The notes under the pieces: model-generated
The model's input: the letters and a program-made list of their open reading frames with translations, nothing else
Databases searched by the model: none
What the model was told of the DNA's origin: nothing
Virus record (IMG/VR): IMGVR_UViG_2974602649_000001
Span: 39,219 to 103,218 of that record
DNA from: a virus
Lineage: Duplodnaviria; Caudoviricetes
DNA: 64,000 bases
Direction: 5' to 3' (one strand)
Translations under genes and position numbers: made by a program
In this document: positions 34,416 to 43,441 of the stretch, piece by piece
Layout of the letters: each line of letters begins with the position of its first letter
How positions within the stretch are numbered: position 1 is the first letter of the stretch

Positions 34416-34822
34416 TATTGTTCTCCGTATTGTGCCTTTAGGCGTGCCAGTTCAGCAAGATCCATTCGCTTCCTATCATCCTCAATCTTTTGAAGACGGT
34501 CACGTTCTGCTTGCTCTTTTTCAATTCGAATCTTGTCACGAATCTCAGTGGAGTGTAAGTGGAGAGCAACGCTGAATGGTTCCTCACTATTAGCATTTGG
34601 CCAGTATTGCTCAGTACCATGTGCATTCAACAAGATAATCTCATAACCAGACTTTGGGTGACGCTCACTCTTCTCAACGATGGTCTTGCCGTAGTTGATT
34701 GCGCTTTCAAGAGTTTCAAACTGACCCCATTCGAATTCACAACCCCAAGCCGCCATCAAACAACCTCGACAGTATTCCTCTCCTGCCTCAAGGTGACCAA
34801 TTACGGTGTACGGATAGTTCAT
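34415..34822 (-). CDS. Hypothetical protein
   Basis: Coupled ORF; ends ELARLKAQYG. Confidence 0.7.
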   Translation of the reverse strand: MNYPYTVIGHLEAGEEYCRGCLMAAWGCEFEWGQFETLESAINYGKTIVEKSERHPKSGYEIILLNAHGTEQYWPNANSEEPFSVALHLHSTEIRDKIRIEKEQAERDRLQKIEDDRKRMDLAELARLKAQYGEQ

Positions 34823-35001
34823 TCCTGATCCCCTGTATAAGTACAAGTGTGACTACGGGTACGAACACCCCAGTCACCACCAATATCACGAGCAACCTGT
34901 ACAGCAGCGTTCTCACAGGCTTTGAATGTGTAGTAACGATCTTGGAGGATCATGCTCTGACCATCAAATACAACATGCATCCACAGAATCCAACTTCCCA
35001 T
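34819..35001 (-). CDS. Small hypothetical protein
   Basis: SD AAGGAG; W.L...C...C pattern similar to 2350..2541. Confidence 0.6.
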   Translation of the reverse strand: MGSWILWMHVVFDGQSMILQDRYYTFKACENAAVQVARDIGGDWGVRTRSHTCTYTGDQE

Positions 35002-35002
35002 C

Positions 35003-35587
35003 TCATTTCTCCTTATGTCTATCAGTGTACTTGAAGTCCGTGGTCTGGTTGATCGTTTCGATCAGTTGATTCCGATACTCAGTCGCCAACCTCAGAGCCT
35101 CATCTTCACCTAATTTATTAATCGAAAAGTATTTCCTACCCTGCTTACCTTCATCTGTTAACCAAGTTGCGGCATAGTAGCTGTAACCGTTTGAGTTGTC
35201 AACTCTTGCAACCCCTTGTTTACCAGATGTGTTTCTACTTGACATTCCTTTGTTCCGCATATTAACCCGAGAACAGACTAGTCGCATGTTTGGAACATCG
35301 TTGTTTTCACGGTTTCCATCAATATGGTCGATCTGTTTTCCTTTCGGAATGGGTCCATTTAAAAGCTCCCAGATGATACGATGGCAGTACAACCGTTTTG
35401 GATTTCCATCGTGCCTGAAAGAAACAGACCAGTGTCCATCTTTGTGAATACTACCACATGGATCACCTTTTGCAAACATCAAAATGTTACGATTACGACC
35501 TTGATAAATGTTCTTAGCCCAAGAAAGCCCCGAAGGGCTTTGTGGGTCATGACTGAAGTAATCAGCCAGCTTTAAGGAGGTATTCAT
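35003..35587 (-). CDS. HNH homing endonuclease with AP2-like C-terminal domain
   Basis: HRIIW...IDHIDGNRENN..NMR; NTSG..GV, KYFSINKLG..A..LA..YR. Confidence 0.92.
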   Translation of the reverse strand: MNTSLKLADYFSHDPQSPSGLSWAKNIYQGRNRNILMFAKGDPCGSIHKDGHWSVSFRHDGNPKRLYCHRIIWELLNGPIPKGKQIDHIDGNRENNDVPNMRLVCSRVNMRNKGMSSRNTSGKQGVARVDNSNGYSYYAATWLTDEGKQGRKYFSINKLGEDEALRLATEYRNQLIETINQTTDFKYTDRHKEK

Positions 35588-36716
35588 TAGAAATGACCTT
35601 GAAGCTGAAGTTTGGATTTGTCAAGGACTTCATCACGATTCCTTCACGATACTTACCGTTCAACCCAGACGGACCAGAAGCGTAGCTAATCACACCCGGG
35701 ATTGTAGGCTCCTGTAGAGGCCCTACGTGAAGAATTGGTACGTGGTTGATACCATGTTCAACACAGAACAGTTGACGCTCAATAGGGTGCATATAGCGCT
35801 TCTCATCGATCAAGTAAATATCGTAGCAGTAGAACGTGTTCTTGTCTACACCTTCGAAGTTTTTCTGAATCTTTGGTCCAACCATTTCACCTTGAATCGC
35901 CATTGCTCGCCCATCTTTCTCAATGGCTTGCACGAGTCCAGAATCATTAGCCATTCGGGTGAAGGCGTTATCACTCTTTGGAATGATTCGGTTCCATTTT
36001 GCTTTAGCAAACGGCAGACGACGCTTCCAGATTTGACCGATGAAGTCTTTGAGAGTTTCAATAAATGGTCGCTCACGGTCACGGATATCGAAACCAACAT
36101 TACGAGAGCAAACACCAGCAAGGTTTTCCGCTGGTTTAGCCCACGCAGTAAGAGATGAGCCGTCGAGTTTGACTGTAACTTCAAATTCTTCATTATTCTC
36201 CACCGCCTTCAGGTACAGCGCAGTCATATTCTGTACACGGTTCTGGTCAGTCTTTGGAATGAAGTCCGGGAAAGTCTTAGGTCGAGATTGTTTGTCAAGA
36301 CCTTCGTTACGTTCACGCTCTTCGTGAGACTCGTACTTTAGCACACCCAAAGCTTCAGTCAAGTCCATGCCAACTGGGTAGTTCGATTCAGCAACCAGAG
36401 TAGGATGGAGTTCTGAGATTGGCATCATGTAACCCTGAGAGATTGTACCACCCATCTTGAGAGTCTTGACACGAGCGTAGGTAACACCGTCAATGCAATG
36501 CATGAGCTTGGAGGACCATTTTGTAGTATCAGGGAATTTCTCAGTGTTGAGCATAGCGTCAATCTCAAAGAACACAGCACTACCACCGACCTGATACAAA
36601 CCCTTCTGTACAATTACCTGCCAACCACCAACGATTGCAATCTCAATTCGATCCTTACCCTCAATTGGGGAAAGACCATCAACAACTACAACACTTGCAA
36701 GCTTACGCGACATCAA
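35562..36716 (-). CDS. RNA ligase, DRB0094/Rnl2-like family
   Basis: RKLASV, GWQVIV, FFEIDA, FPDFIPKTDQNRVQN, KLDGSS, QGEMVG, REGIV, FKVISN. Confidence 0.92.
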   Translation of the reverse strand: MMSRKLASVVVVDGLSPIEGKDRIEIAIVGGWQVIVQKGLYQVGGSAVFFEIDAMLNTEKFPDTTKWSSKLMHCIDGVTYARVKTLKMGGTISQGYMMPISELHPTLVAESNYPVGMDLTEALGVLKYESHEERERNEGLDKQSRPKTFPDFIPKTDQNRVQNMTALYLKAVENNEEFEVTVKLDGSSLTAWAKPAENLAGVCSRNVGFDIRDRERPFIETLKDFIGQIWKRRLPFAKAKWNRIIPKSDNAFTRMANDSGLVQAIEKDGRAMAIQGEMVGPKIQKNFEGVDKNTFYCYDIYLIDEKRYMHPIERQLFCVEHGINHVPILHVGPLQEPTIPGVISYASGPSGLNGKYREGIVMKSLTNPNFSFKVISNEYLLKAG

Positions 36717-36982
36717 ATATCTCCTTTAATTGTGAGAGTGGCATCAACTTCGATGAATGAGCAGTGTTCGGCAATGTGGTTGTCGGTTAACACTGTACCA
36801 ACGTCATAGCAGTTATTCTCTTTCAATACAGTAATAGAAGCCTCATCTGTAACAATGACTACTAAATCGTGATCGTCTCTACTAGTACAATGAGTGCGAT
36901 AGACTTTACCCCTATGGTTTTTGATTTCATCATAGTTCTTTGATTCATAAGTTTCCTTACTCAGGTTCTCAAACTTCAGCAT
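36713..36982 (-). CDS. Hypothetical protein (paralogue family A)
   Basis: VIVTDEASI..L...FIEVDATL. Confidence 0.7.
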   Translation of the reverse strand: MLKFENLSKETYESKNYDEIKNHRGKVYRTHCTSRDDHDLVVIVTDEASITVLKENNCYDVGTVLTDNHIAEHCSFIEVDATLTIKGDI

Positions 36983-37241
36983 TGGTCACCGCCAAATCAA
37001 TTACAATGTGTGCATTCACTTCATGGAAGGTTGTTTCATGATCAATATGACCTGCCCGAAGAACAATTCCAGAATCATTGGTTTCGTCACCTGTGAGTGT
37101 AACAATTGAATTCTCATCTGTTTTAATCACAAGGGTTTTGCGAAATGTGGTGTTACCGCCAAAAGCTTCGTACACCACATTTCGCCTCAGATCCGCAAAC
37201 TTGAACTCTCGAACGTTCTTACGATTATCTACTACTTTCAT
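36969..37241 (-). CDS. Hypothetical protein (paralogue family A)
   Basis: VIKTDENSI..L...FHEVNAHI. Confidence 0.7.
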   Translation of the reverse strand: MKVVDNRKNVREFKFADLRRNVVYEAFGGNTTFRKTLVIKTDENSIVTLTGDETNDSGIVLRAGHIDHETTFHEVNAHIVIDLAVTNAEV

Positions 37242-37252
37242 TTCAATTCTCC

Positions 37253-37414
37253 TCAATAATTCTTGTAATTGCAGTTTTGTGCGTGGAACATATCAAGCTG
37301 TTGGTTGTGACGTACGTTCGACACATGGAAGATGACCCAAGGGATGATCCAGAATCCACCAGTCAGGAAAGTCATAATCAGATGTAGGAAATGACTCGTG
37401 TGACGATATTCCAT
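37253..37414 (-). CDS. 53-aa membrane protein
   Basis: Hand translation: MEYRHTSHFLHLIMTFLTGGFWIIPWVIF... Confidence 0.65.
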   Translation of the reverse strand: MEYRHTSHFLHLIMTFLTGGFWIIPWVIFHVSNVRHNQQLDMFHAQNCNYKNY

Positions 37415-37561
37415 TTGGTTCCCCTTATTCAGTTCGTTTTACAGTGCATTCAAAAGAAGTACATCTGTCTAAGTATTTGTGAGTGAGAGTTGATTTACCA
37501 TCACTCAGTGTAGCGGGAACTACTGTTATCATTACAATCGTCAGCATAGTCAGAACTTGTT

Positions 37562-37834
37562 TCAAATCAAATCCTCAATGTCAATCATGTGCTGGACTTG
37601 TTTAGTGATGCCTTGTTCATTCCACTTCAGTATGTGGTCAAGTTCATCCTGAGTCATTTGGATACGCTCACCATCAGCAAGAGTAATTAAACCACTCAAG
37701 ATTTCAAACTCAGTTTCACGACCACCATAATAATCCCAATCAGAATCCGCATCGGGTTGTGCTGGGGCATTCACATCCCCAATAACTCTAACAACCAGTG
37801 ACACAGCACCTGCAACTATCGTGTACTCTCTCAC
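37562..37834 (-). CDS. Hypothetical protein
   Basis: ADSDWDYYG motif; GTG start. Confidence 0.7.
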   Translation of the reverse strand: MREYTIVAGAVSLVVRVIGDVNAPAQPDADSDWDYYGGRETEFEILSGLITLADGERIQMTQDELDHILKWNEQGITKQVQHMIDIEDLI

Positions 37835-37997
37835 AGCGGCAGAAGCTCCGACAACGGTTGATACGTTGGAGAGACAAGACTGTAGATCTTGTGACCTTGC
37901 TTGCGAATCTCATCCATGTATTGTTTGGTATCCTCAAAGCGCTCCAGAGAACGCTCAACAACAGTACCTGCTTCGTTACGAGACATTACGATATAAT

Positions 37998-38231
37998 TCA
38001 TCTTGCACCCTCCACAGTTACGGTCACTTTACATTCAATGAATGTGCTCAGATCATAATCGGATGCATCGTACTTGATCTGCGGTCGATTGAAGTTCACA
38101 AGACTTTGCCCGGGTTGGCAAAGAAAAACTTCATCTTTTGCCCCACCAGTTACACCGAGATAAGTCTTTCCTACATCAAGGTCACAGGCTCGAATCTGCC
38201 TTGGTGCGATGCTCTTGACTACAACTTCCAT
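37998..38231 (-). CDS. Hypothetical protein (distant family A)
   Basis: DL.VGKTY...FIECKVTV. Confidence 0.65.
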   Translation of the reverse strand: MEVVVKSIAPRQIRACDLDVGKTYLGVTGGAKDEVFLCQPGQSLVNFNRPQIKYDASDYDLSTFIECKVTVTVEGAR

Positions 38232-38419
38232 TAGATTTCTCCTTCATCAAAAATTGCGGCGTTAAATTGTAACCCTTGAATCTTTCGAACCTCTGGGTCA
38301 GCAAGGTCTATTGTAACCACCTCCCAACCATTCAGTCTAGCGATTTCTTCAACCATTTGAGTTCTGGTTGACTTGCCTTTGGATGCCTTACTTGAGTCTT
38401 TAGCAATCAGAATCTTCAC
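38231..38419 (-). CDS. 62-aa protein with terminase ATPase-like Walker A/B peptides
   Basis: MKILIAKDSSKASKGKST...KIQGLQFNAAIFDE; SD GGAG, GTG start, coupled on both sides. Confidence 0.7.
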   Translation of the reverse strand: MKILIAKDSSKASKGKSTRTQMVEEIARLNGWEVVTIDLADPEVRKIQGLQFNAAIFDEGEI

Positions 38420-38670
38420 ATCATCTCTCCGTGTTCATCAAATTCCATCGAACCACAAGGACCACCAGTATGAATGGTTGTGCGACCGTTGTCAAACCAT
38501 TGAGTCTTGAATCTTTCACCTTGCCACTCTGTGTAGCCCCACTTCGACTTTGTTTCTTCGTCGTAGTATGCCGTACCTTCCAAGGGTTCGCCATAAACAT
38601 CGCAGTCACTATTTGGACCCATAACAAAACGGTCAAGGTCCGTAATCACACCGCTGCCCAACTTCATCAT
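38416..38670 (-). CDS. Hypothetical protein
   Basis: GGPCG...DEHG motif. Confidence 0.65.
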   Translation of the reverse strand: MMKLGSGVITDLDRFVMGPNSDCDVYGEPLEGTAYYDEETKSKWGYTEWQGERFKTQWFDNGRTTIHTGGPCGSMEFDEHGEMM

Positions 38671-38729
38671 TTCAAGCTCTACCAGAGCGTCAAAGTCGCC
38701 CCGGTAGTCTTTCCAATGAGCAATGCTGG

Positions 38730-40331
38730 TTAATCCAACATGTAGTCCCGTTGAAGTTGAGCCAGTTCCTTTCCCAAGAAAGAATCAACAGCTTCGGCTT
38801 TGTCGTAAAAGTCCTTACGCTTGTGACGATCAATCATGTCAGCAACAGGAACGTTGTAGCACAGAATGAATTTAGCACGAGTAAGTGCAACATACAACAG
38901 GTTTCGCTCACCATCCTGTAAACCAATCCATTCACCGTCAGCGTTCCATGGGGACGGGAAGTCTTCTGCAAGAACTACTACATCAAACTCACGACCTTTC
39001 GATTTGTGGGCAGTGGTGAGGATTACATCTGGGTCTGCAATGTTCTCATGATTCGAGAGAAGACGCAATACCCGATAGACAGTTCCATTCTCAACCAGTT
39101 GGTATACACGAAGCAGTTCACCCTTCACTACTTCAGCTTCAATCCCCATTTCTTCCCAGTTCTCAAACTGGATAAGGTTCTCATGCTTGACTTTAGCCAT
39201 GTCACCCTTAGCGAGTGCTACAGCCGATTCCAGAAGCTTTGTGAAGTCACTTACATCAATCTCAAGGTTGACCTTCTTACCACGCTCTAGGAGGTTGATA
39301 GCCTCCATAATGAGTGCTCCGTTGGTACGGAACAGCATTGCATACTTACCGTCCATGATTTCTTGAGTGATGTCAGATGGATCAATCACAACAGATTCAA
39401 TCTGCTCGAAACCTTTGATATCAGTAATCAACTTACCGTTGTCAGCCAGCACCATGTTGGCAACATCAGCAATAGCTTGACCGAAGCGGAAGCTCTTCGT
39501 CAAGGATGCTTCAGGCCAATCAAGTTTCTCCATTGCGTTAGTTGCACCACGCCATGAGTAGATGTTTTGGTAACCATCACCAACACAGAACAGTTTGCAC
39601 TTACCTTGTTGCTGCAAGAAAATATCCAGAACTACAGCGTTGGTATCCTGAGACTCATCCAGATAAATTACTGGGTAGCGAGACAAGTCTGGGCCACTCA
39701 ACTGGTACAGCTTGAGGTAAGTATCATGAGTGCAAAGAACGTCTACACGAGGGTTCTGACGCAGATCCCAAAGCTTCTGTGCATGGCCCAGTACCATGTA
39801 CTTAAACGAGCGAAGTGCGTTCTCATCACGACGAAGGAAGCTGTCACAGTTGCTGATGTCAACGTGGTGGTAATCCATTGTGCGGTCAGCAGATTGTTCA
39901 AAGCGGTTTACAGTATTACGAATTGCAACACCGACACCACCAGCTTTCATCTTGCGTGGTTCATATTCACCTTTGAGCAGATACTTGAAATCACCAGTTT
40001 TGAAGTACTTGGCAATCTCTGTACCTGTTCCTGCAACGTTTCGGTATGCACCCTTAGGTCGCTTCAGCTTATGCTGCAAAGGCACACCGTGGCTCTTATA
40101 TGCAAGGCTATGAGTGGTCATGCAATCAACCCAAGACGGGAATTTACCAGATGCCTCAACTGCCAGTGCTTTGTTGAAAGTGAGGAACAGTCCTTGTTCA
40201 ACCAGAGCTTCAGCAATGAAGGTCAGAGTAGTTGTCTTAGATGCACCGGCTGCTGCTGCAACCTTCATGCATAATTCAGTCTTGGCCATGTTGACGATAT
40301 GGTTTTGTTCGCCGGTACGAATGAAGCTCAT
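38730..40331 (-). CDS. UvrD/Rep-like superfamily 1 helicase
   Basis: AAAGASKTT, LTFNK, DESQD, VGDGYQNIYSWRGA, SFRFG, TAHKSKGREF, LYVALTRAK. Confidence 0.93.
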   Translation of the reverse strand: MSFIRTGEQNHIVNMAKTELCMKVAAAAGASKTTTLTFIAEALVEQGLFLTFNKALAVEASGKFPSWVDCMTTHSLAYKSHGVPLQHKLKRPKGAYRNVAGTGTEIAKYFKTGDFKYLLKGEYEPRKMKAGGVGVAIRNTVNRFEQSADRTMDYHHVDISNCDSFLRRDENALRSFKYMVLGHAQKLWDLRQNPRVDVLCTHDTYLKLYQLSGPDLSRYPVIYLDESQDTNAVVLDIFLQQQGKCKLFCVGDGYQNIYSWRGATNAMEKLDWPEASLTKSFRFGQAIADVANMVLADNGKLITDIKGFEQIESVVIDPSDITQEIMDGKYAMLFRTNGALIMEAINLLERGKKVNLEIDVSDFTKLLESAVALAKGDMAKVKHENLIQFENWEEMGIEAEVVKGELLRVYQLVENGTVYRVLRLLSNHENIADPDVILTTAHKSKGREFDVVVLAEDFPSPWNADGEWIGLQDGERNLLYVALTRAKFILCYNVPVADMIDRHKRKDFYDKAEAVDSFLGKELAQLQRDYMLD

Positions 40332-40362
40332 TTTGTTTCTCCGTTATTTGAAAGTGAAGCTA

Positions 40363-40599
40363 TTAAAACAGCTTTGGAACACCTTTGCAAGGGAAATCTT
40401 CGTTGGTGATGAAATAAGCTTCATCAAGACCAAACCAACCGTTCTCTTCAGTAGCATCTTCCCAGTACTCAGTCATGTCATTGAATCCTTGTAGAACACC
40501 ATCGTTCCATCGCATGGTGGATGTCCCAATATAGCTACCTTCCATTGGCCATAGGGCAATGAACTTACCAGTGGTTGGCATTGTCTTGTTGGTAATCAT
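40363..40599 (-). CDS. Hypothetical protein
   Basis: Coupled ORF. Confidence 0.65.
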   Translation of the reverse strand: MITNKTMPTTGKFIALWPMEGSYIGTSTMRWNDGVLQGFNDMTEYWEDATEENGWFGLDEAYFITNEDFPCKGVPKLF

Positions 40600-40838
40600 T
40601 CCACTTCATCCTCAGTGACAAGCGATACTTCAATAAGACCGTCACGTTCAGCCTCACCCCACGGGCTACCAATACCAACCTCATCGTCGCACAACATTTT
40701 CTGAACCATATAATGACCAGAAAGCACCCAATTATCGTGGTAGTCCTTAACATGCCACTTCCCACCGATCAACTTGTAGTAAAGGGTGAAACCTTCCATG
40801 CCCGGTGCCACCGATACCACCTTGTGAATGTTTTTCAC
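40596..40838 (-). CDS. Hypothetical protein
   Basis: GTG start after SD AAGGAG; YYKL..GKW. Confidence 0.6.
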   Translation of the reverse strand: MKNIHKVVSVAPGMEGFTLYYKLIGGKWHVKDYHDNWVLSGHYMVQKMLCDDEVGIGSPWGEAERDGLIEVSLVTEDEVE

Positions 40839-40998
40839 GATTTGATCCACTCCTTTAGTCGTTGTAAAAATGGTTTGTTTATGTTCTTAGGAAGTAATGG
40901 TACACGACTTCCTTGTGGGGCACAAGACCAACCTTGAGCGTATGCTGACTTTGCCATTTTGCCACCATTACAGACCGTCGCTTGCTTAGTTCCGTATC

Positions 40999-41337
40999 TC
41001 ATTCTGGAAGCTCCATAAACTCAGTTGGTGGAAGGTCGTGTGGCCAACGGAGATACTCAGTATTGTTTCGACTCAACCACACACAGTATGGATCTGTTTT
41101 GTAAATCTGATCTTTTCCGTACGGTAGTTCTCCACGAACAACAAACATTCGTCGAGTGGTACGATACACATCGGGTAACTCTTCAATCGGTCGCCACTTG
41201 AACTTTTCAGCAATTGACATTTGAACAATCTCGTTATATCGAATTGTTGCATCATTCTTGTTCATACCACCAGCTATACATTGACCATCCTTTTCAATGT
41301 AGTAGTAACCAGACTGAGTGCGTTTAATTTCGTACAT
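40999..41337 (-). CDS. Hypothetical protein (DUF551-like W..I...PT..M.LP ending)
   Basis: KWRPIEELP...PPTEFMELPE. Confidence 0.65.
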   Translation of the reverse strand: MYEIKRTQSGYYYIEKDGQCIAGGMNKNDATIRYNEIVQMSIAEKFKWRPIEELPDVYRTTRRMFVVRGELPYGKDQIYKTDPYCVWLSRNNTEYLRWPHDLPPTEFMELPE

Positions 41338-41533
41338 TACCAATCTCCTTTAGGTAAGTAGTGTGCAACATGTTCATGTGAGCAACAAACTGGTCAGCAG
41401 CACTTGGTTTCTGTTTTGTACCTTTGTTCCCACCGGGTTTCTTTGACTCTTCGTAGAGTTCCATTGCTTTACTCCCCGGCATGATCCGAGTATACACACC
41501 TTTTGGACATTCTACAACGATTCCTTTAGTCAT
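41324..41533 (-). CDS. Hypothetical protein
   Basis: Start at MTKGIVV. Confidence 0.55.
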   Translation of the reverse strand: MTKGIVVECPKGVYTRIMPGSKAMELYEESKKPGGNKGTKQKPSAADQFVAHMNMLHTTYLKEIGNVRN

Positions 41534-41668
41534 TGTATGCCGCCTTAGTAAGTGCTTGCTCAAGGAAATCACAGCCCTCTTTCTCGTCATCAAAGAGAAC
41601 ATTGTTCCACAAGAAGTCACGACGCTTTTCCAGTAACCATTCCATTACCTTCATTTTCTGATCATCAC

Positions 41669-41875
41669 TCAAAATTCAATCTCCTTTAACTTGCTAGTTG
41701 GCGGACAGAATACACCATTCTGCTCCATGCTGTAGACCCAGATGTTCTTTGTTGGGTTGTAGTAATACCAGAATCCATTTTCGTGCTTGGCGTAATGCAT
41801 TACCCAAGCTTCATTTGGGTTGTAGTGGGTTGCTGTTAACGCAGCCCCTTTCAGGGTAAATCGTAATTCATCCAT
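41669..41875 (-). CDS. Hypothetical protein
   Basis: ATHY...WYYY...W motif. Confidence 0.65.
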   Translation of the reverse strand: MDELRFTLKGAALTATHYNPNEAWVMHYAKHENGFWYYYNPTKNIWVYSMEQNGVFCPPTSKLKEIEF

Positions 41876-42057
41876 CAGTCTTTCTCCAGAATGTCAATCA
41901 AACCAAGGCCCCATTCACCCATCCCCTTAAGTTCTGACTGAATTGAGTCTTCATCGATCCCCTCAGTACCGGCACGGATAAGTTCATCACTCATCTTTTG
42001 AATACCCTCAAGGGCATACATATATTTCTGCAACAACAAATCGTATCTAGTTGCCAT
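41875..42057 (-). CDS. Hypothetical protein
   Basis: SD GGAGG before MATRY. Confidence 0.65.
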   Translation of the reverse strand: MATRYDLLLQKYMYALEGIQKMSDELIRAGTEGIDEDSIQSELKGMGEWGLGLIDILEKD

Positions 42058-42268
42058 TAAACACCTCCAAGAATTGTTCAGATGATACTCGACCAACAGT
42101 TTCGGAACAATAGTCACATCCAAGGATCATGTCAACCTGTATTTCATTCAGCTTGTGACGACCATCCTGAATGCCCGGGCCGCCATGTAAATGCGTGAAC
42201 CAGTACAGCTTAAATTCACCACACTCAGGACATTGCTTTGTGTTCAGTAGTTCCAGTGCTTTACTCAT
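42047..42268 (-). CDS. Zinc-finger hypothetical protein
   Basis: CPECG...LGCDYCSET. Confidence 0.7.
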   Translation of the reverse strand: MSKALELLNTKQCPECGEFKLYWFTHLHGGPGIQDGRHKLNEIQVDMILGCDYCSETVGRVSSEQFLEVFNGN

Positions 42269-42270
42269 TG

Positions 42271-42801
42271 TCAGATCCCCAATTCAAGTTTCAAAGATTC
42301 ACGAGCCTCAATCTCTTTCCGATCCGATTCCAAGCGAGCCGCTTCCAGTTTACGACGACCAGCTTCGCACTTTCGATTCCAAGCAGCTTGTCGCTTTTGT
42401 TGGAACAATTGGTACAGAGCGCGTTGCTCCCACCCATTCAGATTGAACCCAAGGTCTTTCACCTTTACTGACCTGTACGAGGTTTGACTGTAGATTGAGG
42501 AAGTATAACAGTACGTTTCAACTTCAAACACCTTACCGCTTGTGTGGTGAGTTACCTCAATGAGTAGATACTTACCATGAATTTTAGGACAGGTCTGTTT
42601 TACAAACTTCATCCGCCAATGTCTTGGATTGGTAAGGACATCCCGAACAACAGACTTGATTGGTTCACCAACCATACCATAATCAATGTCATGCTTGCGT
42701 AGGAAATCCCGCACAGCGTGCTCCTTTTCCGTGACACGCTCAACTGGTTTCTGCTCAGGTTGTTCGCTGCACCATTTTACAATTCGATTCCACAGATTCA
42801 T
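42271..42801 (-). CDS. Hypothetical protein
   Basis: 176-aa coupled ORF. Confidence 0.75.
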   Translation of the reverse strand: MNLWNRIVKWCSEQPEQKPVERVTEKEHAVRDFLRKHDIDYGMVGEPIKSVVRDVLTNPRHWRMKFVKQTCPKIHGKYLLIEVTHHTSGKVFEVETYCYTSSIYSQTSYRSVKVKDLGFNLNGWEQRALYQLFQQKRQAAWNRKCEAGRRKLEAARLESDRKEIEARESLKLELGI

Positions 42802-42995
42802 CGTTGGTTCCTCTTCAAGAGTTCAATCATTTGCTGTTGTTGGGTGAATGATGCATGAAGCTTGCTGAAGTTGTCAACCGATTGTGCTGTTGTTTCGTTT
42901 GCCATGTCAAGGGTTGCTTGTAGTTCACGAATCTCATCCTGTGCCTCTTTAAGAAGGCGTTGAAGCTTGATAACCTTACCGACCAATCCGAACAT
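42798..42995 (-). CDS. Coiled-coil hypothetical protein, first gene of the leftward unit
   Basis: SD GAGGAG; directly after the promoter. Confidence 0.7.
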   Translation of the reverse strand: MFGLVGKVIKLQRLLKEAQDEIRELQATLDMANETTAQSVDNFSKLHASFTQQQQMIELLKRNQR

Positions 42996-43025
42996 TTCGT
43001 TCTCCTCGTTTCGTTGATGACCTCC

Positions 43026-43053
43026 ATTCTACAGGGTTCTGGTGGCATGTCAA
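43026..43053 (-). promoter_or_regulatory. Leftward sigma70-like promoter
   Basis: TTGACA-N16-TAGAAT with an A-tract upstream. Confidence 0.75.
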
Positions 43054-43085
43054 GCTTTTTATTAACTTTCTTTTCTGCGACTTCG

Positions 43086-43115
43086 TTGACAGGAAGCTCC
43101 TCGGTTTCCTATACT
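43086..43115 (+). promoter_or_regulatory. Rightward sigma70-like promoter 1
   Basis: TTGACA-N18-TATACT. Confidence 0.75.
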
Positions 43116-43121
43116 AGGCTT

Positions 43122-43280
43122 CTGTTGAGAGAAAAGCAACAGCTTATGAGAGAGACATGTCCAAGGCACTCACCGGCTCATATAGAAGGCAAGAAGATAG
43201 CAGGCCAACATGATGTGGAAATGGATCGTAAGATTCTGTGCGGCATCGCAGGCACCGTCAACGGTGAAAGCGCACACGGG
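43122..43280 (+). ncRNA. Candidate structured non-coding RNA
   Basis: Between two promoters; successive stems CTGTTG/CAACAG, TATGAG/CTCATA, GGATC-GTAA-GATTC, TGTGCG/CGCACA enclosing CACCGT/ACGGTG. Confidence 0.5.
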
Positions 43281-43289
43281 AGAAAGGTG

Positions 43290-43319
43290 TTGACAGCCCT
43301 ATCCTATCCCTCGTACCAT
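43290..43319 (+). promoter_or_regulatory. Rightward sigma70-like promoter 2
   Basis: TTGACA-N18-TACCAT. Confidence 0.7.
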
Positions 43320-43352
43320 TGTACGGGTCAGCAGCAAGCTGATGAATAGGCT

Positions 43353-43441
43353 CCATTGAGCATATTTACGGGATGGTTTCCTCGTGACTCGTTTGTGGTC
43401 ACCTTAGGGGAAATCTATCCTGAATTCACCATTGAGCATAT
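43353..43441 (+). repeat. 13-bp direct repeat flanking a ~20-bp hairpin in a 5' leader
   Basis: CCATTGAGCATAT at 43353 and 43429; hairpin 43369-43422. Confidence 0.8.

Noticed and set aside
43122-43280. Hammerhead ribozyme, c-di-GMP riboswitch or RsmY/Z-type sponge
   Set aside because: No CUGANGA core, no riboswitch consensus I can match, and too few GGA loops; kept only as an unassigned RNA.
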